DNA from: Geosiphon pyriformis uo1
Taxonomy: Eukaryota > Fungi > Glomeromycota
Assembly (NCBI GenBank): GCA_016748015.1
Contig: JAAOMT010000227.1
Span: 56,169 to 120,168, forward strand
Reading direction: 5' to 3'
Length of the DNA: 64,000 bases
Below the pieces are notes generated by a model that was not told the DNA's origin, did not search any database, and saw only the letters and a program-made list of their open reading frames with translations. Of this stretch, positions 52,678 to 64,000 are shown in pieces. The position numbers and the translations under genes were made by a program. Each line of letters opens with the position of its first letter. The first letter of the stretch is position 1.

Positions 52678-52915
52678 TCTAACAACACAAGCAAGAGCTA
52701 TCTATCAATTGTATGCTGAATTTCAAAACCAATCAGAAATCTTACTTAATTCAGTAATAGATATCATTACTATTAACCAGATGGAAAGAATAACCAATGC
52801 CCAATTCAAAGAGTTACAAAACAAGATAACACAAATAATACTTGAAAAAAAAGTCCAAGAAATACTCAACAACAAAGAGTTAGAATTAGGAGATCTCAAT
52901 AGAGCTCAATATTAA
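52678..52915 (+). pseudogene. C-terminal remnant of B ORF3
   Basis: TQARAIYQLYAEFQ...ITNAQFKELQ..., with its stop abutting the PPT. Confidence 0.65.
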
Positions 52916-52929
52916 AAAAGAAAAAATAA

Positions 52930-54774
52930 TGTTACTCATAGAACATAAGAAGTATATTAGCATGTAAATTAGCCAATCAGAAGTAGCTGCAGTAAATGTA
53001 GAATTCCAGAATTCCTCTTAAGAAGAATTGCAGAATTCCAGGAATTTCAGGATTCTTATACAAGGAATTGCAGGATTCCAGAATTCCAGGATTTTTTTCA
53101 AAAGGAATTGCAGAATTCTAGGAATTCCAAAATTTTTGGTGTGAAGAATTGAGGAATTGAGGAATCTCAATTATGTATATATAGCAGTAGTATTAGAAGT
53201 AAAAAAAACAGACCTCTCAGTTTAGATTTGATTTAAAACAACTTTTCATTTACAAATATCAATAAATAATTATTCTATATCTCCAATCTATTCTCTACTA
53301 TTAACACTTTATGTTAATAGTAATTGATACTTAACCACACTAGAACAATAGCTCTTGATCATGGCTATTGACAAGATACTAACTTGTAATTGTTTTTGTT
53401 AAATTCTTTATCTTCTTTTATTTTTTTTTATTTTTTTTGTATTTTTTTTTGATTGATCAATTGATTAAGAATTAAAGTGCTGAGTTACAGATGTTATAGG
53501 GACTGGTAAAAGACCTGTAAAACAAGAGTAGAACATTTATAGATTTGAGGATAACTTACCAGGAGAATTACTGGCCACCACACTGTTACCAGACAAAATT
53601 AGAGATATTATTTAGCATGAAATTATCTTTATAATTCCTATCATTAAATTAGCATATATTATCATTTCAAATTATCACTTATTACATTAGCAAAATGTCC
53701 GAAATTATCATTTAATTAATAAACCAATTTGTACATAACACAAATGTAACCTAATTGTGATAATCAATCATGCAATACCTCGAAATATGTAACATTCAAA
53801 AGTTCACTGAAATTTGTAAAAATTTACCAAAATAATTAATAGTTCACCAAAATATCTAATAGTTTGCAGAAATAACTTGTAGTTTGCTGAAATGTATCTT
53901 TAGTTCAGTGAAATTGTAGAAAAGAGCAAAGTTCAAGTTCATAGAATAGTGTTATAACAAGTTGTATAAAAAAAAAACTTCTTTTTTCGAGAAAATATAT
54001 CTTACTTTAGATTTATCACTTAGAACCATTCCTACACACACAAAAAAAAATAAATATCAAATAATTCGAAGAAACCAAATTTTTAATTATTGCACTTGGA
54101 AAATCCTCAAAACCCAACTAATGTTTTGAAATTGATTAGCTACCAATTTCAGTAAACTGTTAGTGACTTCAGATCTGGATAGAAAAACGTTTCCCTTGAT
54201 AAAAATTCTATTTCTTTTACATTGCTTTTATTTTTCTTTTCTTTTCTTATTACAATCATTAGGGTAGCCTACAAATAAGATTTCTGTAGAAGAGTTGACT
54301 TTCACAGCAAAGTAACTACACATTTTTAGTAAGCTTCCAGACGAGCAATTCTTAGAAAAGAGTTGATGTTTACTACAATGTAACTATATAAAATAACTGG
54401 CAAAGAATTGGCCATTCCACTTATAAGCCCAGCAGTTCAAATTATAGAAGATAATTTGAAGATAAATTCAGTTACTGGAGGTTCAACCACATTTAGACAA
54501 TGTGAATTCATAACAAACAGACATCAATAACATTTAAGAAAAGAGACCAAAAACTTCTGATAACAATGCTGAAAAAAAAATTTGACAGAATTGTGATTTC
54601 AAAAGGCTATTGAAACAACTATTAAATCTCTGTCCATTATACAAAGAACTTAACCAAAATCTTCAGATAGAAACAACCTTTAGATTACCAATACTATCAT
54701 CACAAATAGTTTCTGAGCACCAAGTTATGAATTTTGTTATTTGATTTGAGACTCCCAAATAATCACTTATAACA
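52930..54774 (+). repeat. B 3' LTR containing a nested family C solo LTR
   Basis: 52930-53583 plus 54570-54774 match the 5' LTR. Confidence 0.94.
53584..54565. mobile_element. Family C solo LTR (982 bp)
   Basis: TGTTACCAGA...TCTGATAACA inverted termini; absent from the sister 5' LTR; flanks acac/atgc; second copy near 61753-63490. Confidence 0.88.
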
Positions 54775-54778
54775 ATGC

Positions 54779-57700
54779 TATACTTGGTGATGAAGACAGT
54801 TTTCTTTCTGCTTTCTGGATCCATCTTTACTTGCCAGAATCCAGCAGTTAAGTCAATAGTTGAGAAAAAAACAGCACTATTGAATTTATCTAGTATTGCA
54901 TCAATTTTGGGGAGTAAGTACATATTTTTTATAGTGATGGCATTTAATTGACAGTAGTTAACACAAAAGCATAGGGTTTCACCTTTCTTGGATACTATTA
55001 CAACTAAGAAAGCCCATTTACTCTTGGTTTTTTGTATGAATTCAAGATCTTTTATCTGGTTTATTTCTTTTTTGATGAATTTATCATTGTGTCAATTGAA
55101 TTGATAAGACTTTAAATAGATGGGACAAGTTTTTTTTGTGGTAATAATATGTTGTATTACATGGGTTTGTCTGGAAATATCATCTTCTTTTGAGATAACT
55201 GGGCTATTTTTAGCCAACAGATTTTCAATGTTGACTTTTTTTTCTTTAGGGAAAGGTTCTCTTTGTTTTACAATTAGTGATTAGATTTTAGGTGGTTTAT
55301 TCTCATAAGACTTCTGTACTTCTTTTAGTTTTTCTCTGGATATCAAACTAATTGGCTTCCAATCTTTATAATAGATTAGGCAGAACTTGCATTTATCACT
55401 AGAGAAATACAAAAGTTTATCATGCCAGCACCTGGTACAAGGATCATGCCACCAATAACTGTATTTTGTTTTCTTGCCAGGCTTTCTGTTAAAGGTTCTT
55501 CTGAGAATATCATAGTAGAGCCAGCAAATCAGCTTGCTATTTACCATGATTCTTTTTTTATCTACTTTAACATTATCTAATGGCTTATTATTGCTGGTAA
55601 AGATGGTGTAAACAAGTTCAGCAGTTTCTTCTTGTTCTTTTTGTTCATCTTTTTCTTTACTTTCTTTATCATCTGATTCTAATTGCTCTTTTTCTTGGCT
55701 TTGTTTGGGTACTGGAAGAGTTGTCCAATGACAATACTTAACTATGATGAGTTTCTCACCACATCTAATAATCAGTTTACAGAGTTTATAATCAAGCAAG
55801 ACTTTTGCTTTTTTGAGCCATTTATTGCCAACTATTATGGTGTATTCTTTTGCTTCAGATACTTTTATGTTAGTTTTAATGCTAATGCCATTGATTTGGA
55901 CAGGAACAGCTTTGGCTATGCCCAGACCTTTTTTCTTGTCATCATGTATATTGATTATTGGTCTTGTAGATGGTTCATCAATCTTTCTGCCAATTGCTTT
56001 TAAGAAATGTTTGGCAATGATATTAACAGATGATTCACTGTTCAGAATCAGATTAATAAAATAACCAGCCACTTGGGCTTTACAAATAAGAGGGGTAACA
56101 TTGCTGTTGTTAGCAAGTTCAGCTTGGTGTAGGCATTTGTTAGTCTTTAGTGTTTTTTTTTTGGGAATCAAAGATTTGTGAAGGTTTTTTCTAAATTGGA
56201 GATGGGTTATTAACTGGCCAAAGATAATGTAAGCAAGTGTTTTCATAAGATCTTTGACAGCAGAATATGGTCCAGATTTTTGTACAATTTCTGGGAGTTT
56301 TAACTTTAGAGGATTCTTAAAAACTTTAGTCTTTAGTGACTCATTGTTATCAACAGTTGATTTAAATGTCTTGTTTGAGTTCAGGACAAAATTAACCTTG
56401 GCTTTCTTCTTCTTTCTTGTTAATTCAGAGGTGTTGATTGCTAGTTTATCCATATCATGGTCATCATCAGTTAGGTTAAAAGCATAAAAGAGATTTTTTT
56501 CTGGTTGGCTTGCACTCTTATTCTTTGGAGGTGTGTTTACTAGTTTAAAGACTAATAAATAGTGGCTTCAACTAAAGAATTCTCTCCAAAGAAATTGATG
56601 TTGGCATAATTGGGTCTTTGGTTGGAAACATTGTTGTTGATAGTTTTGTTGTTTTGATTGTCATTGTTTCTGGAAGCTGGAAGAGGCAGGAGAAAATTGT
56701 TACAATCTCTGGAGAAATGTCCAGTTAATCCACAGCAATAACACACAGATAGGCCATAATTTTGTTGTTTTTAATAAGGGGGTTGTTGGAGTTAATTAAA
56801 ATAGGGTTCAAATCTGAGTTTTTGGAATTGTTGATTCTCTCTGACTGCTTGGACTAAGAGTTCTAGTAACCAGACAAGATTAACTGTGAGTCTATCTATT
56901 AATTGTTCATTTGGATCTTGAGTTTGAACAACAAAAAAAGTAGCAACCATTTGGAGAGCAGAAGCCATAACAGAAGCAGGAGCAAAAACTGGAAGTGTGG
57001 ATTTCAGGTGTATCTTTTGGTTGTCTTCAATTTGTTGGACAAGTTCAATGGCCATGCTCATTGTGGGATTGTTTTTCAGGACCAGAAGAGACCAAAAAGC
57101 ATAGAACAGATCTGTTTTCAATTTTTTGTAAAAGAATAAATCTTTTGTTCTTTTGTCCAGTTTTTTCCAGAGTCTATTCTTTTAATTAACTTTCTGATGG
57201 CTTTGGCATATTTGGTTACTACTTTACCAGGACCTTGGGTTTTTTTTTCTAGTTCTATGCACCATTTAGATATCAAAATAAGAATTTTAAATTTTATTTC
57301 AAACCAGGTAGTAAAAAAGATATTGTTTTCTTCAACATTTGCTGGTGCCCATCTAATGATTTTTTGCTGAGCATTGGCATTGGTTTCTTGTAAGAACCAA
57401 GTAGCAAAAGAGCCATAAAGATAGCCACCAACAATTTGGAACTTATATTCATTATCATATTAGTTGGCTGTAGCAGCTTTTTCAAAATCATCCAACCATT
57501 CAATTGGATCTTGTGTATTACCTCTAAACAAGAGTAATGGAGTGTTGTTTCTTTTTTCTAAAGCAGTTTGTATGCCTTGAAAGGCAATTAGAATGTTCTG
57601 TTGCATAGAATCATTAACCATTGGTTCAGGAGTTACTGTTTGAGTAGAGTAGTCTGATTCACTTGAAAAGAAATTAAAAACAGGAGCAGTTTGATAGCTT

Positions 57701-58088
57701 TTTTCTTCTGTTTCAAGAGGAGTTTCAGTTAATTGATAAGCAGCAATCCAAATATGGATTTGATGATTCAGATATTCGAAATCAGGGGCTGTTGTTCAAA
57801 GGTTGTGAAATATAAAAGCTGATTGATGCTGTTGTTTTTTTTTTCAAAATTGTCTTCAAAATAAGTTTAATTAAAATAATAAGTTGTATAGGCTGTATAG
57901 ATTTCAGCTGAATGCTTGTTCAGAAACCAGTTCCAAAAGTTTTGGAATTGTCTGCTGGATTGTTCTTTGATAGAAAAGCAAATCAAGCAGGAGGACAAAA
58001 AATTGAATTCAATAAAGTTTAGATTGTTTTTGTTGTGTGCTTTAAAGTGTTTTTCTGATTGTTGTGGCAGATATAAATAATCACCCAT
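54779..58088 (-). pseudogene. A2 gag, protease, Cys-cluster linker and RT N-half
   Basis: QDPIEWLDDF, CYCCGLTGHFSRDC, LILNSES, IIVGNKWL, STIDLTAGFWQV. Confidence 0.9.
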
Positions 58089-58199
58089 ACAATAAGAAAC
58101 AAAGTGGATTTTGACAACTTCACAAAGAACATTACTTTTATATTATGAATTGGAATAACAAGCTAATGGATATATATTTTAGCTTGATTATATTTTTTG

Positions 58200-61100
58200 G
58201 TTCTTAATAATAGTTTTCTAAATTTCATTTTTTAATAACCAGTTATGTTTGAAAAATTATTATGTGTAATATTTATGAAATTAACAATTTTGTTAAACTG
58301 ATAGATATAATATATTGACATAAAAAATATATTATTTGGTTTTAATACTTTTAAAAACCAAATTATAGGCCAAAGTTTAATAATATCAAAATTTTTAAAT
58401 TAAGTTTTAAATCTAATTACATGGATTTTAGTATTGTAATTATATTAAACAATAATATAGTTAGACATATATATAAAGTTTTAAAAATAGCTAATTAGTT
58501 TATGTATTTATATCTTTTTTTTAAAAAGCTTTTGTTAATTTTTATTATTAGTTTATATACTAAAACTACATTAAACAAAAGATTATTTTATGTTATTAGA
58601 TTAATTTTTTGGTTGTTACTATTATAAACAATAGCTTTTTTGTAATTTTGGGTAAAAATTTTAATAAAAATAGTACTAGCTATAATATAAATTTTAAAAA
58701 GCCTAAAAATTTGAATTGATTTAATTTTTTGATAAATTTTTTTTTGTGATTACTCTATATAATTAAATTCGAAAAAAGTTGAAAAGTATATAGATTTTAT
58801 TTTAATAAATAATAATTTTCACAATTTTTTAATTAAGTATAATATTTATTAATTTAATAAATTTTTTGTAATTGATCTTATTATTATATTTATAAAAATA
58901 AATTTAAGAAATTTAGTATATTTTTAATTAAATTTTGTAAACAAACAAATAAATAAAAATAAGTAAAAGTATGTAGTCAAAAGTATTAATAAAAAAGTTT
59001 GAAACAAATTTAAGATATTTTTCTTAGATTTTGCTCTTTAATATATAAATGTTTTTAATAAGTATAAAATTTTAAATAATATTAATAATATATAGTTTTT
59101 GTTATTATAAATAGTATTTTTTGCTATTAATACAATGCTTTTAAAAACTAAGTATAAAACAAAAAGTATAATAAAATAAGTTAATTCTTTTAAATTTTAT
59201 TGTTTAAAGTTATTTGTTTCTAAAATTTTATGTTTATTTAAGCTTAATAATATAGATAATTTTAAGTTATTGCTAGAAAAATAGACAAAATTAAATGTAA
59301 AAATAGATTAATAAAAAAAATAGTACTTAATAAGTAAGCATATTTACAGAAATATACACATTTTTAAAAAATAAACATATTTTTAGGAAATTACAACACA
59401 TTTTTAAAAACTAGTATAAAAAAAGAGTAGAAATATATAGGATCTTATATAATATAAATTATATATATAGTAAGAATATTAAAAGCAAAAAAAAACAGAA
59501 CAATAACAACTAATTAATAGTTAGCAAATACTTTTTTCTTCAAAAGATAGTTTCTATAACTTGAAGTAAAATTATATTCATATTAATAAAATATCTATTA
59601 TTATTCAATTTATATTATTATTACTTGATTAAAAAATATTAATTATGTTTATACTATTAAAAATCTATACTGATAAAATCTAATACTTAATTATACTAGA
59701 TTAATAGGTCTTAATTATAATTATTAATAAAATACTAATTTTTTATTTCTTTTCATATTTTTTTTATTTTTTTTTATTTTTATTTTTTTGTGATTTACTA
59801 ATTGATTAAAAAATTAAGCAATAAATAATTAATATTAGGATAGTCTGGTAAAAAAATCTGTATAACAAGTGTAAAAAACTTAAGAATAGCTTATTAAAAG
59901 AGCATAACTGTTAAATTAAATTAGTCGCTATTCTAAAGAAAAAAATTCACAAAAAAAACAACCAATTTGAATATCTGTTTATTGTATAAAAAATCAACCA
60001 AAATCTTTAGATCACAAAATCTTTAGAAATTATTATCATTGATAATTATTAAGTACTAAGTTATGGATTTGTTATTTATTCTAACACCCCAAATAATTAC
60101 TTGTAATATTTAATGTCTCTTATAAAATATAATTTAACAGAAAACCAATATCAATAGCAATTATTCAGAAAAGTAATAGAAACAAACCATTTAAAATTTG
60201 CCAAATTTTTATTTTAAAAATATCAATAATAGTTAAGATTAAACAACAATTATTTTCCAGCCAAATTAGTTTTTAATTTTTATGTTAATAAAAAAATTGT
60301 ACATTTTTTAAGAAAACAAACAGATTCGAAATCAGTAAGAAAAAATTTCTATAGTGAATTATTTTAATACACTAGTTTACTATTAAATTACAATTTTGTA
60401 ACAATTATTATTGAAATCAATTGCAAAATTAAAAGATACATTTAGCAAAAATTCTTAATTATATTTATAAACAAAAACAAAATATAAATATCAATAAACA
60501 TATTTAAAATAATATAACTACTTAACTAGAAAAAATTCAGGTATAAATATACAAGTAAACAGTCTGTTCTTTTTAGTTTTAACTAAATTATTAGTTTTTA
60601 TTTTGTTTTTTAAGTGTGTTTTTTTTTCTCATGTCAAAATTTTTTCAGATAGCCAAGTTACTATTGATGTTTATTATTTTAAATTGTATTTGTTAAAACT
60701 CAATCTTTAAAATTTTTACTAAATAAAGTGTTATTATATGATTAATATTATTTATAATAAAAGTTTGTTTGTTAAGTACATAAAAATAAAAAAATATTTA
60801 AAGACTGTAAACAATAAACATACCAATGTTTTAGCAGATTTTACAACTTATTCTGGTTTAATACTTTTTACTAATGTGTTTAAAAGCTATATAATAGCTG
60901 GTAAAAAAACTGTTTTAGATAATATTGTTTAAAAAATCTTATATAAAATGAGTTTTAGTGTCTAATATAGTGAATTTTTTGTATATTAATAACATTAATT
61001 AAGAAACAATAGTCTTAATATAATATTCTAACTTATATATAGCAATTGGTTTTATTAACAAATTCACAACAAGTTTGTATATTTATATTATAAAGACTTT

Positions 61101-61745
61101 GTATTATAAATTACTAATAGTTATTAAAAAAAACTTTATAATAAACATTATCTTAGTGTTTTTTGTATGCATTATAATAAAATTAAATTTTTTAATTATA
61201 ATTTTATCTGTTAAAAAAACAAAGTAGTATAATATAGTTTTTTAATTAAATATTCAATTTTATAATACTCTTTGTTCAATACTAATTTGTTTTTTATTAT
61301 TATTTTTTAAGACTTAATTTTAAGTGCTTTTAATATAAATTTGTATATAGTTTTATGTAAAAGTTTTGTGTTCAAATCATAAATAGTTAAAGTTAAAATA
61401 GTTTTTAAATATACTAAACTGGTTTTTTTTAAAATAATAGATTTTGTGTATAATTTAGTTTTTGGTTATAGAAAGCAAATTTGGTTGTTTATTTTAAAAC
61501 TTAGAATAAAATTAAAAAAATTCAGAATTTTGTCAATAAAAATTTCAGCTCTGGTTAATATCAAAAAATTTTTTAATTATATCTTAAGTAAAGGGATTTT
61601 TTTGTCTAATATTAAGAAAAATTATGTAATTTATTTTAAAAAATAATTTTATTATTTGTTTTTTATTGCTATAAATAATATAGTAAGTATTATAATGTTT
61701 GTATATTGTAGTTTAAATTGATAAAACAGCTAACTATATATAGTA
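58200..61745 (+). mobile_element. Very decayed LINE ORF2 pieces (APE region 58200-59300; RNase H/CCHC/3' UTR 60550-61745)
   Basis: Eroded matches to the LINE consensus, e.g. NKHTNVLADF (GNxHAD) and the 3' UTR. Confidence 0.65.
59300..60545 (+). mobile_element. Family B variant B4: LTR (to 60108), PBS remnant and gag N-terminus
   Basis: Homologous to 40540-41830, including cacatt-type U3 repeats. Confidence 0.78.
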
Positions 61746-61752
61746 AATATAT

Positions 61753-63490
61753 TATTATTAGCTAAAATTTAAGATATTAATTAATATAAAATTATTCTTA
61801 TAATTTTTATTATTAATTAACATATATTATTATTTTAGTAAACTATCTAAATTATTATTTAATTAATAATTTAATTTGTACTAAACACAAATATAATTAA
61901 ATTATATAATATTATTATAAGTAATTATTTGAGTGTTAATACAAATAACAAATTCATAACTTGGTACTTAATAATTTAAGAATGTTAGTACTATTTGAAG
62001 ATTTTAATTAAATTTTTTGTATAATAGACAGAGATTCAATAGTAGTCTTTTTGGTTTTATTCATTACCTCTTAGAATTACAATTCTGTCAATTTTTTTTT
62101 TAGCTTGATAGCCAGCAATTCTTTGGTAAGTAATTCTTAATTTTCAAGTGTCTACTCTTTTATTTGAAGTCTTTTACCAAGCAATTCTTGATGTCAATAA
62201 CTTAGCACTTAATTTTTAATCAATTAGTAAACACAAAGAAATAAACAAAAAGAAAATAAAAGAAAATAACAGAAATTTTAAAAAAAGAAAATAAGTTAAG
62301 TGATTAAAGAATTAGTATTCTGTTAATAGCTGTAATCAAAAGCTACTGTTCCAGTGTGGTTAAGTATTAGATATTATTAACATAAAGTGTTAATAATAGA
62401 AGCTTGGATCAGATTCTCAATTAATTGATAATAACATAAATAAAATGATAACAAATATGATTTTATTTAATATTTGATGTGTTTACTTTTGTTGATAGTA
62501 ACTATTCTTAAAGTGAGTAATGAATAAATAAAAATGGAGATTTCTATTCTGAATAGAATGCTTTTCTTGCTTTCTAATGTTACTGCTATATATACATAAT
62601 TCTCTTTACACAAGAAATTCTTTTTTTTTGTTAGATTTTCTATAAAATCCTTAATTTTCTAAAAGATTCAGGATTTTCTGAGAAATTTTCAACTTTTTGA
62701 AATATCTGAGATTTTCTAAAAAATCTTCTTTTCTTTTTCTTTATTTTAATTGGCTAATTTATTATTATGTATTTTTTTTTTATCAATTATGTATTATTTT
62801 TCTCTTTTTTTATGTATAATAACATCAAAAATTTATTAAAATATTTAATAATTTAACAAAATATTTAACAGTTTACTAAAATAATTTATAATTTACAGAA
62901 ATAATTTGTTGTTTGATAAAATATATTTTTAGTTTACCAAAATATTAGAAAAAAAATATTAAATTATAGAATAGTATTATAATAAAAAAAGAGCTTTTTT
63001 TTAAAAAAAAAATTTTTGTTAGAATTAATCTTTACTTAAGCTTAAAATATTTTAAAATTAATTAGTTACTAATTTTATTAATTATTAATAATCTTTAGAC
63101 TTAAATTTAAAATAACTTTTTTAATACAATTTTTTATTTTTTTTTCTTAATTATATTTTTTTTCATTATTTTTTTTATATTATTAGATAATTTACAGTCG
63201 AAATTTCTTGTAAAAAAATTAATTTTTATAGTAAAGTAACTATATATTAATTAAAAAGCTTATAAATAAGATTTTTTTGTAAAAAAATTGATTTTTACTG
63301 CAAAGTAATTATACAAGTAATTGATATAAAATTGGCTGGTTTATTATAAATTCAACAGTATATATAGTCCAAAGTATAAAAAAATATTTTAAAAAAAGAA
63401 TTAACTTATTAAAAATTTACTGACTTCTATTAACAGTAAAATTAACAGTAAAATAACATTAATAATATTAAAAAAAGAGTAAAAAAACAG
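61753..63490. mobile_element. Decayed family C LTR interrupted by a family B solo LTR
   Basis: 61753-61912 and ~62820-63490 align with 53584-54550; right end approximate. Confidence 0.7.
61913..62822 (-). repeat. Family B solo LTR
   Basis: tattataagtaattatt... start, collinear with rc of 45473-46319; no PBS or PPT flanks. Confidence 0.8.
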
Positions 63491-63747
63491 CATAAATTAT
63501 GTTTAATTTAAAATTTTAAGTAATTATATTATATTAAATAGTGTTTAAATTGTATTTATTAATATTAATAAAAAAAATTACAAGATATTAATATTACTTA
63601 TAAATATTTTAAATATTTTTTAATATTTTTAAATTTTTATTATTATTGTTATTTTTTTATTTAAATAATATTATATACAAAAAAAGTTTATAAAATTATT
63701 ATAACATAATTGTACATTAGTATATTTAATATAGGGTGTTTAAAAGT

Positions 63748-64000
63748 CTAAGCTTCCATTATAGATAATTGCTCCTCTGGCAAATTAAACCACTCATCTT
63801 TTAAAGCATCATTTGCAGTCGGTCGACTATTAGGATTTTTGTTCATCAATTTTTCCTTAAACCGTTTAGCGGATGAAGAAAGTGAAATATGGTTGTAAAT
63901 TCTAGTATGTTTGAAAAGATTTCCAACCATCCATATATCGCCTGCAGTGCTACAAAAGTCTTCCCCCGATTTATATTCTGGAGCTCCAATAGCCAATGAA
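63748..64000 (-). CDS. Protein kinase C-lobe (subdomains VIII-XI); gene continues beyond the window
   Basis: APEY, DIWMVG, NPNSRPTANDALKDEWF, then a stop; CpGs retained. Confidence 0.82.
   Translation of the reverse strand, partial: SLAIGAPEYKSGEDFCSTAGDIWMVGNLFKHTRIYNHISLSSSAKRFKEKLMNKNPNSRPTANDALKDEWFNLPEEQLSIMEA

Larger units (their letters stand above)
45473..54774 (+). mobile_element. Ty3/Gypsy family B element with both LTRs, 4-bp TSD ATGC, dUTPase and an internal deletion of integrase
   Basis: TG..CA LTRs 45473-46319 and 52930-54774; ATGC at 45469-45472 and 54775-54778; PBS; PPT 52915-52929. Confidence 0.96.
41854..58172 (-). mobile_element. Ty3/Gypsy family A element A2 (gag-PR-RT-RH-IN-ORF3-LTR), split within RT by element B; 5' LTR reduced to ~32 bp
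   Basis: 3' LTR 41854-42521; IN ~43190-44320; RH ~44600-44940; RT halves join in frame (TVFITKYSI|YEFTIM..GFTNAP, VYLDD); PR LILNSES; gag CYCCGLTGHFSRDC; LTR stub tattatgaattggaataacaagc at 58141. Confidence 0.93.

Overview
Very AT-rich eukaryotic window that looks fungal; the repeat types and decay pattern resemble Glomeromycotina/Mucoromycota, but the species cannot be determined from sequence alone. More than 95% is a nested set of decayed retroelements. (i) Ty3/Gypsy family A has ~650-670-bp LTRs with ~13-bp terminal inverted repeats, gag-PR-RT-RH-IN and an extra 3' ORF; copies at 1-2132 and 41854-58172. (ii) Ty3/Gypsy family B has ~850-bp LTRs, a tRNA-Met-like PBS, gag-PR-Cys-rich insert-dUTPase-RT-RH-IN and an extra 3' ORF; copies at 13103-23020 and 45473-54774 plus several fragments and solo LTRs. 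(iii) Family C is seen only as solo LTRs. (iv) LINE-type elements carry ORF1 (RRM-like + CCHC) and ORF2 (APE-RT-RNase H-CCHC), including two near-full-length divergent copies at 23065-35851. (v) A 5'-truncated ORF1-only (HAL1-like) retroposon with a LINE 3' UTR, poly(A) and TSD lies at 9917-10888. All repeats are eroded by pervasive C>T/G>A transitions, whereas two probable host gene fragments (a coiled-coil exon at 35897-36212 and a protein kinase C-terminus at 63748-64000) keep their CpGs. The most notable signals are the ORF1-only retroposon, the non-Env third ORF shared by two Gypsy families, Cys-rich/dUTPase cargo inside pol, four-level nesting with 4-bp RYRY TSDs, swapped U3 repeat modules and a possible self-priming PBS. 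Coordinates in the most decayed copies are approximate; 'back-mutated' readings are manual reconstructions. Three N gaps: 29817-29836, 35852-35871, 36433-36496.
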